DNA of 63,718 nt, filler included, from Choristocarpus tenellus KU-1152 (GCA_964200185.2; 11 parts of 11 records of this genome joined end to end with filler, not necessarily neighbours in it), one strand, 5' to 3'; shown: positions 13,699-26,560, counted from the whole stretch's first letter. The notes: generated by a model not told the origin, from the sequence alone. Program-made: numbers and translations.

Positions 13699-13798
13699 NN
13701 NNNNNNNNNNNNNNNNNNNNNNNNNNNNNNNNNNNNNNNNNNTTAATTAATTAANNNNNNNNNNNNNNNNNNNNNNNNNNNNNNNNNNNNNNNNNNNN
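13699..13798. other. Artificial contig-joining linker (first of 10)
   Basis: 44 N + TTAATTAATTAA (stops in all six frames) + 44 N. The same linker occurs at 22905-23004, 26859-26958, 29694-29793, 34168-34267, 37134-37233, 46755-46854, 49731-49830, 54839-54938 and 60528-60627. Confidence 0.97.
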
Positions 13799-14208
13799 GG
13801 TGATTGGTTTTCGGCCTTGGGCTTTTGCGATCTTGGGTGAAGCCCCCCCCCACCCCCCCCCCCCCCCAGATACTTCAGGTATTTTGAGCATAATAATCCT
13901 CAAGAATCAATAGAACTAGTTTCGTTCTTTTCTGACAGGACACAAGCGTCACCTAACAAAAAATAAACGTTTGTGTTTTGATGGCTTAGAATTAAATGAT
14001 TTTTAGTTTTTTGAATATAATAAAGTTACTGCTTTATTCTTGTGCTGTTGTATATTACTGTTGTTGGTCGACAACCCAGAAACTCGAACAAACAGTATGT
14101 GATGATGATAAAATAGCAGCATTTTTTTTTATTGCCTAAATGAAATAATTGTTTTGATCCTGTCCTGATTTTTATTCTTATTTCGTGTGTTTTTTGTGAC
14201 AAAAAAAG

Positions 14209-17200
14209 GGTGGGTGTGAGGGGTACCTTGTGTTTGGCGCAGACAGCTTATCTGATCAGGTTTTTGTACTACTCAGTCCTGAAGGAGCCATGGTTGGTCA
14301 TGCCGGCAGAAGTGCTTCATGGTATGAATATGTATTCTTGCACGCAAACACATAAGCATCTCCACTTCGCATACTTGCATCATTTGCATTGCCACCAACA
14401 TCCTCTGTCTGCACATAGACATATGTTTTTGTGAATATATAGTATAGTGGTGGTGTACACATCTTTACATATGTATGTACGCCACAAGAATATATTCCTT
14501 GTGCATACGTTGCATGTATCATCTAGACAAGGAAGGTCAAGTAGAGAGTATGCAAGAAAGCTCTCTCCACACAGACATGCACATGCTTGGAAGTACATAG
14601 GTTTCCCTAACCCTGACTCTTACAGTGAAAGTTACAAGTAGCTTCAATCTATTACTCATAGAAAATACGGTCCTTCAGGTATGTATGATAATGCAAAAAT
14701 ATTTGTCCAATATTGAAATATCACTGTGTTGGTAGAGTGGTATATCAAAAGTCTGACAAAACCAGAGGCCAGGGTACTACCTGATTTAGTCTACGGGCCA
14801 GCACTCTCCTAGGTGCATGCTTCCTCCCTCCCTCCCTCCCTCCCTCCCTCCCTCTCTCTCTCTCTCTCTCTCTGAATCCCAATCTTTTCATTTCCTGTTG
14901 AGCCTGTGTAACCGCTGGACCCCTGCAAACAGATGTACTGAATCAAAGTTAACAATAGAAGAGAGGTGTGTTGATTTTGGCTGTTTTGAATCTAAGAAAG
15001 GCTCTTTCAATGTGTTCAATAGAAGAAAGAAAAAACACTTGAAGAAAGGTGTCGAGAGGCATAACTCGATTCTGCCAACTGCGTCTACTCCCATAACAGA
15101 CAAATTGCGCTCCACAAGTCTGGAATCTTGTGTGTTCTAAAAACACAGGTGTTTTTAGAACATCGGAAGGGCTCCTGAATCTCTGCTGAATTCCCCTCAC
15201 AGCTATTTTGACTATCCTCCCATCATCAACATGTATGATACTTTTCTCATCTCGCTGATAATGAGGTTCGGGAGAGTATTATCTCAATATTTGGCACTAT
15301 ATGGCACTAACCTTCTACATAGGAATGCTGAGTACAATGCAGGCTCACTTGTACACAGTAACGTGGTATTGACTATTGGCCGTTGACTATTGAGCCCTTA
15401 CCTTAGTTTTGTGTCTGGGGTCCTAGTTTTGTACATCTGAAATTGTTACCATGCAATGTACTCCAGAGTATATATACATTTTTGCAACCCCTGACCATCA
15501 CTTCATCATGTATGATCTAGAAAAATCTGAGACCCATCAGGGCTTTCTAGGAGACCCCCCAATATTTTTTCGGACGCCAACAGCTGAACATTTAGAGGTT
15601 GGCATCAAGTGTTACACCAACTTGAAGCTTAAACCACAGGCTTTCACCGCCTTACATCATCACAAGTATATGCTATATACTGCCTGAGATAGTTGCAATT
15701 ATATCTGATCAATTGAACAATGATCCGCTAAGGATGAAATTTGAAAAAGTGCCTTCAAAGCGAGATAGAAATTTGATTAGTACTTCCATCCGTAATAGTA
15801 GCAATCACTCCCCAAGCAATCATCTCGATATTAGCATTCCCCTTGAGCCCGTTTCCTGGACTGTCCCTGCCACACTAAGGGAAGTATAGTCAATCAAGCA
15901 GTCCAGCTAGGATTTGAACCCACAACCTCTGATTTTGTCAATCCCATGAAACAGCAGTAGTCTCACCATGTAGGTTAACCTCATTGCACATGGCTTGTCC
16001 CTATGAAGGCAGTAAAAATCGTCATGAATTATATTGCAAGACATTGGTGGCAAACTCTGTACATATGTTGTACTGTGTCATCTTATGGCAGGCCTGACGT
16101 TTGCTGCCATGTGGGCTGCCGCTAACTACTATGCCAACAGGCTCGCCCCAGGTCAGCACCCTAACCCTATCCCTCAATGAAGTAGTTGGGGCATTACCAT
16201 TGATTGTAACTGTATCACCCAAGAGTCATTGTTGTGCATTTGTTCATAGCTAGGGTTAGGGTTAGAGCAATATGTTTTTGTGTCAGCGAATATAACAGTT
16301 TTGTGTGGTGTATGCACACACTCAAATTCCCTCATCTATGGGAGCAAAATGAGCAAATTAAGGGTTGTGAACAACGCCTTTGGAAGGCTTTGCCCATCTA
16401 CAACATTTTCCCATCAACATTTAAGTTCAACAATGGTCAGTTTGTACCGTGCACCAAATAGGATGCCTTCACCCTGCTATCTTGATGTCACTCGCCCTCT
16501 TTTTTCCCCTCTCTCCTTCAGCTGAACTCAAATCCACGGTACTGGGACTGGTGACTGGGATTCACTGGGGCCTGGGGTTTGGATTGGGTTCTGTTGGAGG
16601 CGGGTTTGTTTACTCTATTGTTGGAGCCCAGGAGTGTTTTTTGTTGAGTGCTGCACTCCCATGCACCTCGCTTGTCCTCCTTCTGATTGGTGGTCGGCGA
16701 TCTGGATCTGGAGCTGGCTCTGGGGCAGCACAAAAACAGCGATGGGGAAGTAGCGTGCTTGGTTCGGTGGAAGACAAGGTCCACAGGGAGGTGGGAGGCA
16801 AGTGTGGAGAGGAGAAGGATAATTTCTTGCTTACAGAGGTGGCAGGCGATGAAAGCTTTGTGCAAAGGGTGAGGACAGTGACAGTGAGGTCTTTGATGGA
16901 CCTGAAGGGTGTGGGTTTTGTGTGTCAGGGTTCGTGACTATAAGGATAAAGTTACTACCACAATGCATACATAAGTGTATTACATATATATGTGTGTATT
17001 AATACTTTTTTGGCAAATGTGGACCTTGCATACCTCCAAAATATTAGGCCATTTAACTAGTACATCGTGTATTGTACTGGACTGTGCGTGTTTCTTGCAT
17101 GCCCTTTCTAGATGTGCAATTCACATTCATCTCGCCAAAAATCAATGTGGGTATATAGATGGGTGATCTTTTAGCTCAAATCGGAATATGTTGGAGTGTA

Positions 17201-18956
17201 TGTAGTGTGGACAAGATTTCTTTTTTCAAACTTTAGGTTTTTGAAACTACCAGTTGTCTGTTCCGTGTGTGTATGCAGGCTGAAGTGTTTTATGCTCATT
17301 TTTTTTCTGATGATAGTCACTATTACAGTATGCAACAGTTCTGCCTCTAGTCTAAAATAGCCACGGCTATAATAACCTACCTTAAAATTTGTGATTGTTG
17401 ATGGTGGTCATCATCTCTTGTGTTAGAAATACAAGATTTGAGTTTAGCCTCCAGTGTCTCAATGCCTTTTGCAGGTTCTCTTTGACCAACCACCCACCCT
17501 CTGGCTGTGTTAATATTGATGATTGGAATGCATCTCAGCAATGGAGGAATGCAAGCAGGAAGTTCAACAATGGAATATTGATTTTGATCTGTTACTCCTC
17601 AACCTTTTTAGAATACGTTAACCCTACCCCTAGCCACATTAGAATTCAAAGATCTCACATGGTGGGAGTTGGCAAATATAGTTGTTTTTTTAATAATCCC
17701 AATACAAACGTTCTAGAGTATGCTGTTACTGTAATGGTCACTTCTGTGGCTCATCCCGACATTGTAGGCTTGTTTGAAAGCATGTTGCAAGGCCCCATTG
17801 CAGTCTTGTGTGCTACATACCAGCAACAGCAATCCCCCCTGGAAGCTTCCATCTTTCACAACTGAATGAGTGAGACATGTTGTGTCAGATTCTGACCTCA
17901 TTCAGTTTGTAACTGCCAAATATATACATACATATAATATGTATGTATTCCTTGATGATATTTCACTGTTGATTGGTCGTTTTTTCCACTAGTGTTTCCT
18001 CTTTTTCATCCTTGGAATATTAGATTCATCACCACCATGAAGTGCAAGAACAAAGTGACCAATTTTGCAGCAGACCACTGCCAAAATGCCCTGGGATTGT
18101 TTTCCTACAGTATTTGCAAGTGTCAAAGGGGTGATGTGGTGCAAGGACCTTATTCCCATCAGTGGACTGAGAGAACGCATTTCCTAATTTTGCTGGGATG
18201 TATTTCCACGATCTTTGTGACAGAAGCATGTCAACCTTCTTGTTTTTTCTTTTTTGTGTTAATGACTATCGACAAGAAGTGTTACATTTTTCACCACTTC
18301 ACATTTTTTTTTTCTCAATGCATTTAGAATGTAGCCATTTCATGCCGCCCTTTAAAACTTCAACAAGTCAACATTTTTGTTTACAGTAATACAACTTCCC
18401 TAACCCTATTCCCTCGATTCCATTTCTAGAGCCCTCGATTGCTGTCGCCCTCTTTGTTTACAACATCAGTATACCCTTTTTGAAACTCTGTACTTGGTGT
18501 GGTTTTTCTACCGTAAACGCCCATTGCCCTAACCTTGAGACACATCTGTGTGTGTGTGTGTGGTGCTTTGTGTTCTCCAAGGACAACGGCGAAAGAGGGT
18601 ATAGTAATGACATCGAGCAGAATGCTACAAGATTACTGTCATCATCATTGGGATACAAGAGACTTCAGGGACACACACCACCAGCAATTGAGTCAGAGTT
18701 GGGCACTGTGGATACTGATGGGTTCAAGGGGAATCAGGTGGCACCATCGCAGGAGGAGAGTATTCCTCCTTGTGTACAAGAACAGGGCTCAATTGTTGGG
18801 AGTGACCATTCACCTCACTCTACAAGATCTGGCAGGCGTTGTGCTACACCCCCTGCGTATTCCTCATTATTGAGCTTGGGGGGTAGGGCTCATGAAACTG
18901 AGGAGGTGGAACTTGTATCGATGGGGGAGGATGGGGCAGGAGCAGAGGTACTTTGA
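14209..18956 (+). CDS. MFSD6-like major facilitator superfamily transporter, 3' portion (5' exons missing from the contig)
   Basis: Exons 14209-14321 (VGVRGTLCLAQTAYLIRFLYYSVLKEPWLVMPAEVLHG), 16092-16151 (LTFAAMWAAANYYANRLAP), 16522-16868 (ELKSTVLGLVTGIHWGLGFGLGSVGGGFVYS...) and a probable last exon 18582-18956 (hydrophilic tail). GT-AG sites and matching phases. Motifs are typical of the MFS_1_like/MFSD6 C-terminal half. Confidence 0.85.
14821..14872. repeat. (CCCT)n-(CT)n microsatellite
   Basis: Directly visible. Confidence 0.9.
15901..15982 (-). other. Degenerate tRNA-like sequence (possible SINE head) in an MFS intron
   Basis: The minus strand has a B-box-like GGTTCAAATCC and an upstream A-box-like segment. 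No clean cloverleaf. Confidence 0.3.
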
Positions 18957-20004
18957 ATATTGTGGCAAAGCCTCAAGGAGTTCAGCTCTTGGTGGTGGTT
19001 GTAGCGGTTGTTGTGGATGGGGGGAGAAGGTGGTCGATGCACAAGATGAGAGATTGAAAAGGTGGGAATTGATGGTGCTGTGAAGCTTTCATCAGGGGAT
19101 CCATGGCAGCACTGATTGCTCTGCTGTGAAGCATTTTGTACATCAAAAGGAACCAACGCGGTCTGGTCTGTGATAATATTACCACCTACCGACCCCCCTG
19201 GTTGCTTACATTGATGCAGAGGATGAACATGCCTTTGTCTTGTTTGACTGTGCTGAATGTTGTTGATGGTGAAGTATGATGAATTATGATGAAGCACGAC
19301 TACAGAGTGAGCAGTTCCTATATTATTTAAGCTCAGGTCGTTTCTGTTTTAAAGAGTTTTTTGTTTATTTTGTCTAGTGTACAGTTGTGGTGACTGGCGT
19401 CGATTTTTAACAAAATACTTTGAAAGTACCTCGTTTTTAACCCGGCCGTTGGAGTTTTTAAATGCTTTGACTATTAGATTTAATAATTGGTGGTCGCATC
19501 CCTTGTTATTAGACTGTGTATTCTTTGGCAAGGAACACATTTTTGTTTTTTCAGGGCCATGTTCTTCAGTTACTGTAGATAGTATTGTTTTCAGGGTGGC
19601 ATCTTGGCAATTTGTGAGGTCCTACTTCATACATGGTACTGTTTGAGAGTGGGACTTTACATTGATTCAAGCATTTTCTGCTGTGTGTCTGCTTTTATCT
19701 GTTTAGGGAGGAATGTCACAAGGGAACATTAGGATAATGATCAGGGGAGGTGGAGAATTTAATGCTTCTAGTTTTTATTGGTGACGGGGTAGAATAATCT
19801 TGATTGTGATTTATGCATGGGACTATTTGAAGGGATGCACTTTCTGATGGTCAATTTTGCAGGTGCTTTTTACGAGAAAGAGGATCGATTTTAACTTCAG
19901 AAGTGTACAGCACATTTAAATGAAAATAAGAAAAACGAACCAACCTGGTTGCCACCCCAAATCACAGGTTGTGGTAGTACAGAATTATTTATAGTACTGT
20001 ATAT

Positions 20005-20670
20005 AACAGCCGATTTCAAAAATTGAGGATGGAGCTTTTCATTGAGGATGGGCTTGACCCAAAATTGACTGGGATAAAGTGTAGCTCCATCCTCAATTTT
20101 TGAAATCGGCTGTTATATATCAATGCGAAAAAAAAACATATCGACAATTTATCCCGCCTACCTCTCAATTGGTTTGAATCTGCATGCAAAATTGATATTC
20201 CCCCTTTCCAGACACAAAGTGACACCACAATTCAGCAAAGGCTCATTCGGTAGTTGTACAAAATTGCGTCTCTTTTGCCCTTTCTCAAGATCCTCATAAT
20301 GCAACTCTCCCTACTGCTCGATTGGTTTGGCTAAAAAGAGGGAATTTATGGAATGTGCAAACCACTCGCAGTTCAAGATGATGATGGTAGACCAATCAGA
20401 ACTGCTCGCAAGTGCACAGCAAGTAAGTATGCTTTAACCAATCAGCGCGCGGCTTAAAAACTCGAAAACCTGTAGCCAATTACTCTTCTGGTGGTGTATT
20501 TGCCCCCTCACCTGTCTTGACGACTGTCGGTATGAACAGTAGGATGGTACAGGTAATTTGCTAGGTAACGAGGTAAATGTGGAGTCATATCGACAGTTTA
20601 TCCCAGTCAATTTTGGGTCAAGCCCATCCTCAATGAAAAGCTCCATCCTCAATTTTTGAAATCGGCTGTT
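20005..20670. mobile_element. Non-autonomous element with perfect 74-bp terminal inverted repeats and an extra internal 32-bp terminus copy
   Basis: 20005-20078 is the exact reverse complement of 20597-20670, and 20083-20114 is identical to 20639-20670. Interior 20187-20262 resembles 48446-48521. Confidence 0.75.
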
Positions 20671-21287
20671 GTTATCACAGTGTTGTAGTATTCAACACAA
20701 TATATAGTCGGATCAGCACTATAATTTTAAGAATGATATGTCAGAAACAGGGCCAGGCAGGGTCATATACAAACGACAGATATGTTCTGACAAAGAAATG
20801 ATCCTTCCTGTGCGACCAAGGGAATCTACGGATAAAAGGAACAAGTAGATGTATCTGCGGGTTTGGGTTTGCGGACGTTTGGAGGAGGGGAGGGGGAAGC
20901 TCACTTAGCACGCGATTCTAATATGGTGTAACTCAATGTTGGGCTGTCGGCTGGTAAATTCGTCGCAGAACTTTGTGCCTACGGAGTTTTATATTGTCCT
21001 TGTCCCATTTATGTATCATTACATGGAAATGCTATGCAGAGTTTTGTGCCTTTGTCAGGTTGACCTTGTTGTGCTGTGACCAAGAGCAAACGCCAGATGC
21101 ATTAGATGGCCGCCATTGTAAATACACATCTTATACATTATTTATTTTGAGAGGTTCCAGCGCACCACAGATGGGCGATGGTGAGCAAGTGCTAAGTACA
21201 GGAAAAGGAGGGACTCAAGATACTATAATTGTTTTTTGAAGAGAAAACCGCTTGATAACATCACCATTCCAAAACATTTTGCTTATT

Positions 21288-21402
21288 AATATTATTATTA
21301 TTACTACTACTACTACAGTAGTAGTAATAGTAGTGGTGGTGGTGGTGGTGGTAGTAGTAGGAGTAGGAGTAGGAGTAGCAACACTGTAGTAGTAGTAGTA
21401 GT
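21288..21402. repeat. Compound trinucleotide microsatellite (TAT/TAC/TAG/TGG/TAGGAG)
   Basis: Directly visible. Confidence 0.9.
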
Positions 21403-21811
21403 GCAGTTTGTTGTGCCTTTTCTAATATGATCTAAACAAGGTGGCCATTTTGGCTTGGGACAATAGATTTTTATTAAATTTCAAGTCATAAGGTGTATTT
21501 TGGGTTATAGTGGACAGGCTTGCCTTAAAGTGGACATACCTGTCAAGAGTAGTCAGAACCCCGTTCATGATAATATCTATGTAACCTAATACAGATCACT
21601 TTGTGTATTCTTTAACCTTGTTGTATGTGGTGAAGCATAGCTGTCTCATTCCTTCCATGGCGCCCTGACTATCACACTTCACTGGGCAAAAATAAGGTCG
21701 GTCCAGAGGCTACCACCTTCTTCATGAAATTTTTCGCACTACAGTGGATCTGGATGGGGACAATGATGAGATGAAGAGTTTTTGATTCGATTGTCTCACT
21801 CCTGGTGAGTA

Positions 21812-22068
21812 GAGTGAAATTATCTTAGAGGGTACGAGTTTTGCCCTGTTTGTCCATTTTGGGGCTTGGCTTCCATGTTTTTTTTAATGACATATTCCTA
21901 CTCCAAAATATTTCGAGTAGGTAAAATGTATATGCTATGGAAAGGTGTGTCCGGAACAAGGGTATTGACACTTCCTAACAAACACGATAGCCAAAAACAT
22001 ATCAAATCGCAACATTGGATTTTGGGCCCCAAATGGACGCGGATCTACCCTCTAAGATACTTTGGCTC
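21812..22068 (+). mobile_element. MITE family A (about 257 bp)
   Basis: TIRs GAGTGAAATTATCTTAGAGGGTA...TACCCTCTAAGATACTTTGGCTC; 4-bp TSD AGTA. Confidence 0.9.
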
Positions 22069-22299
22069 AGTATATACTTTTGATGAGGAGAAGGGGGCAC
22101 TAGTGATGGTGAACCCGTCATTGTGTCATTGACTTCTTCTCCTCCAATCAGAAATAGCCTTTTCACCACCGACAAGTTGCGCCTGTCTGGCACGGGGTTG
22201 ACTTTGAGGATATTTTCGAAAATGCAGCTGGGGGCAGTGCCTTGTCAAGCATGGATAAACGCAAAGGGGAGTGTAAGGACAATGCAACAGGTTGTACTG

Positions 22300-22535
22300 A
22301 CCAGATAGAGAGGCGAAAATCTTTGGATCAGAAAGGTGAAGTGCTGGATTTGCTAGGTAGGTACAAGATAAACAACAACAATATAGTCAAGCGACACGGT
22401 ATTGGTTTGAGGAGCGTCTACAAAATTTGATCCTGTAAGACGGAGATTGGGAAGAAACTTTTTGCCAGTAGTGGAATGGGCAATGAGAGGTGGTTGGAGG
22501 AAACTCAACACCTATCTCGAGGGATGCGTTTTTAA
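22300..22535 (+). mobile_element. pogo/Tigger (CENP-B-like HTH_psq) transposase N-terminal remnant
   Basis: RRKSLDQKGEVLDLLGRYKINNNNIVKRHGIGLRSVYKI*SCKTEI resembles the KRKxLTLxQKxEII...YGIGxSTVYxI psq-type HTH. Contains an in-frame stop. Confidence 0.5.
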
Positions 22536-22713
22536 GACTGCCAATATATGCGTGTATGTTGTGGCAGTACTGTCTGCACAAACTAGACCAGTGGTTTGTG
22601 CCGTCGACCTGGTTGGCAGCTGTAACTATGTCCTATGTCTAGATCGATGATATTTTGCAACGAACAACTAGTTGCTGACTGCTTTTGAGTTCTTATGGCT
22701 GGATCAGACAGCA

Positions 22714-22861
22714 GGGTCAAAGTATCTGGGGGGGTGTCGGAGTCTGTTTCTTAGCCTTTTTTCGATTTTCACTTTTTTGGTGTGATTTGGTGGCACATGT
22801 CGGATTTGAAGTGTCAGCAAAAAAAAGAGTTGTTTGACCGAAACGGACGCTCCCCCCTCAC

Positions 22862-22904
<43 letters not shown>
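22714..22904 (+). mobile_element. MITE family B-related copy, truncated at contig end
   Basis: Starts GGGTCAAAGTATCTGGGGGGG and runs into poly-C and the linker. Confidence 0.65.
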
Positions 22905-24377
22905 NNNNNNNNNNNNNNNNNNNNNNNNNNNNNNNNNNNNNNNNNNNNTTAATTAATTAANNNNNNNNNNNNNNNNNNNNNNNNNNNNNNNNNNNNNNNN
23001 NNNNCAAAAGGAGAGATGTCGTGGCAGAGGGTCGTGGTGTCCCCCACTTCTGTCTCGGCATCCTCCTGTGAACCCTACAGATATCCCAAGTTGTGAGGAA
23101 CCATGAGTGCACTGGAATGAGACCTCAATGGAGTTTCGAGTGGCATGATGAAAGGCATGCAGAACTGACCGTGTGGCTGGCTGTGTGTTGCTTTGGTCAG
23201 GGGGTTATTGTTGAAATGTCTCACCAGATATATACCTTGATCCTCCATCAGCCGCAAGCCTTCCAAGTGAAGAATTCGAGCCAGAATCACAAGGCCCCTG
23301 TCGATGCCCCCGGCTGTATCTTGCAGTAGAATGAAAACCGCCATTTTGGCCAACTCCTCTCTGCCTTCCTCCTCAGAAAGGAGTAACAGGAACGCATGGG
23401 CGGTGCTCATGTCTTCGCTATAAATCTCCTAAATATACACATTGGGATGTGTAAGAGAAGGGAGTGGATTTGGTTGGGTGGAACACAGGTGTTTCAAGGA
23501 TATCAGGCAGTCACTCAGATTTGATCAAGAGAGTCTAGAATGATCATCTCATCTTCATATGTCGTCCAGAATGCTTGGGATTTGAAACCCAGTATCTGAA
23601 TGCTTCACATAGTATCAGTACCTTTGTGATAAAATAACCCAACCTTAGAGGTCTTTTCGGGTTGTTGCACCTTCCCCTACCCTCGACGTCTAACCAGGGT
23701 TGTTGAATATTCCATCCTTGAATCTCTACTACCATATGTTTGGAGACAGTCCATCTTCAATTCAAATCGACTCTGGAAGTACTCGTTCTTCCACTGGTCG
23801 ACCAAGAGCCCAACCCAATGACTACGCAATGCCTATTCCAAATCTCCAGGACCTGGACTATGTGGCGTGGCCCTAACCCTCCTTGTGCATGGGGACTTCA
23901 CCCTTGGGTTCCAAAATTTACCTCAAATCAGTGTGCCAACTAACAAGCTTGTCACAACAACAAGTTCACAACTCAATGAAGCACCATTTTACATATCAGA
24001 AACAATCATAAACCCCATGGCATGTAGATGTATGTCTGCTCGTAGAGAGAAACTGAAGTAGTTCCGATAGGAGATATCTCCAAGTATACTATTCTGCACT
24101 CTGGTGATAGATATTTTATGAAATGCTTTGAAGTTGTTCAGAACTTGACATGCAGAGACAGTTGGCTTGTGACCGATCAACCGTCAAGCGGCATTGAATT
24201 TTGACACGAGATATATTGTTGATACTCTTCAATATGCACAAAACTCGACTCTTTTGCCACTTTGTGGTTTGAAGTTTTGCAGGGTGTGCTTCTACCCGTG
24301 GATGATTCAGTATATTTGATGGAATCCAATATTTTCACAAATCTGACGTTTTTTTGTTGACATATATACATTGCACA

Positions 24378-24790
24378 TATGCAAAAGAGAACTACTCAAG
24401 TAGAGTATTTTGCTTGTGTGGTATGGATATGTTTATTAGCGGAGTGAGCTCAGCCCTCGGTGGTGGGGGGTGCTCTCTCTTATTATCTTATTGTTTATTA
24501 CATGTATCAGCTGACTCATCAGCTGACACATCAGCTGACACATCAAAACATGTCCTGCCGTTACATCGTTCTATGTCACTCATCTTGTGTAGCTAGTACT
24601 AAGCCAGAACCCCTCCATCAGTCCATATATATCAAGCAATATGAAATCGATCATCTGAGACTCGACCTCATTACCTTACGCACACGAACACAAGTCAATG
24701 ACACTTGTTCCACTTAGCCAACATTCCTGTTGTCTAGTAGTGTTCACTACACAGATATAAACCATATAGACTATCAGCCTATATTGCACA
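24378..24790 (-). mobile_element. Solo LTR of a Ty1/copia family (TG...TA termini)
   Basis: Closely similar to the LTR at 50453-51031. Flanked by a perfect 5-bp TSD GCACA (24373-24377 and 24791-24795). Contains 12-bp TCAGCTGAC(T/A)CA repeats. Confidence 0.9.
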
Positions 24791-25230
24791 GCACATACCG
24801 CAAGCGTTTCCCAACCCTAGGCACAGCCCACATCACCATACCCATCATAGTATGAGGGCTTGGACTATATTAACATCTTCACCCTCCCTCCAGGTACTGA
24901 ATATTCTTGGTGGTACCATCCCGTCTGACACCTCCTTCCCTAAGACCCATTAAATTGCGGGGGTTGTTAGTTCATCAAAGACCAATGACCTTCCCTAAAG
25001 GCCCTTCATCTCAACCCTACCTGTGGACTACCGTGTGCTGTTCAATAGGCATACCTCACAACCAACTGATCGGGCCAGTACGGGCATTCAGTCATCCTTG
25101 GAATGAATCGCGACATACTTTGATTTGAGGTAAGGAGGGGGTTACTACTAACACCCAACCTCTACCGGCGACTCCCGCGCCTACATCTCTAGACAAAGGC
25201 ATCACTGGTGGCTCGCTAGAGCAAGAAAGA

Positions 25231-26560
25231 GTGATAGAGCAGAGGCTGAGGGAAGGCCCTGACCGTAATTCGGACCTGATCTGGTTTAGCGTGCTGGCAG
25301 AGGACCAAGAAGGAACGGGCGAAGACTGTACGATTGCAGCATTCGACCTCCAGAAGTACATGGATCGCCAACTCATCTACGCCAAGAAGATTGTCGATGA
25401 GGCGATGGTTGGGACTCCGCATGCCCAAGGTATTGTAGCAGCCGCCATGCAAACTTTGAATATAAAGATGAGTGTTGCAAACACAGAGTTCAATAGCCTT
25501 TCTGTGTTTGATACATTTCACGCAAACCCCCTGGTTGTCAAATACCCTTCACACAAAGACTTTCCCTCTATGCGTTTTTGGGATGTACAAGAACTAGGCC
25601 GTCCTCCAGTGTCCAATTTTGGAAAGTTGCTCACTACTTTTAAGATTCGCGTCGGCGCCATTGCCATAGTCAATTGTCAATCTGTTGATTAGTCCCACAT
25701 CCCCACCTACGATCAGATTTTAGGCAATAAGGTATGATCATTTTTCAACACTAAATCTAGGTGTCACCAAGGAAGCGTTCAATTCTTTTATGAAACCCCG
25801 AATGTTTTGTTCTGGGAGGATTTTGTGACACTGAGCCTTAAGGAATTTTCTGTGCCTAATCCTTTGGATGGAACTTTCCAGAACATGATTGACATATGTC
25901 AAGACTTCAAAGAGGATGTTAGGACGTTTGGAAGGAGGGTGATTGAGTTAATTGATGCTTTTGTCCGTGAGCTGAGAGTCAACCCCTGAGACAGGTCTGA
26001 CCTCGACCCAGTTGACCTTGCCCCAACCGATCTGACTGCCTTGCTCATTGACTGACATAGGTACTATGCTTTGAATATCGGTGTTTTGCTGTCAATCCTT
26101 GGGGTTTAGGGTTCAGGTCCTCAGCAGTACGAGAACTTTGCCATGCTAGTTGATCCTACCGCAGGTAAAGCGTATGTCGAGTTTAGACCGAGGATCATTT
26201 GCCCACGTAGTGATGTCCAGTATATCTGTTGATAATTTGAATGACTTACTACACATGACAGACTTGAGATTTACAGACATAGGGGCCATTGCTGAACGTA
26301 GAGAAAGGTCTAGCGACCGACCTCAAACAAGCCAACTCCGAAATTAGACAATTGAAAGCAAAAAGACGTGCCCCAATCCCTGAGAAACCCCCACAATCAC
26401 TGACTTCGACGGTCACTGGGCCCCACGATTCCCATCTGGTTTGTGAGTTTGAAGGGTACCAGGCGAGATCACGTTGGGGACATGCCACAGATAGGAATGT
26501 TGGGCCAACCCTAATGGCAACAACTATCGTCCCTCAAGGAAAATCGGGAACCTCCGGCTA
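25231..26560 (+). pseudogene. Degenerate Ty3/Gypsy-like gag
   Basis: One reading frame (25231 and 25807 ORFs in the same frame) broken by several stops. LFWEDFVTLSLKEF...ICQDFKEDVRTFGRR resembles the Retrotrans_gag capsid motif (TWxxFxxxFLxxF...LxQ..ExVxxYxxRF). Confidence 0.55.

Noticed and set aside
13743-13754. Recurrent TTAATTAATTAA palindrome as a biological motif
   Set aside because: Always centred in exactly 44+44 Ns; it is a six-frame-stop assembly linker.
17395-17865. 156-aa ORF
   Set aside because: It lies inside the predicted MFS intron and has no recognisable motifs or coding-like composition.
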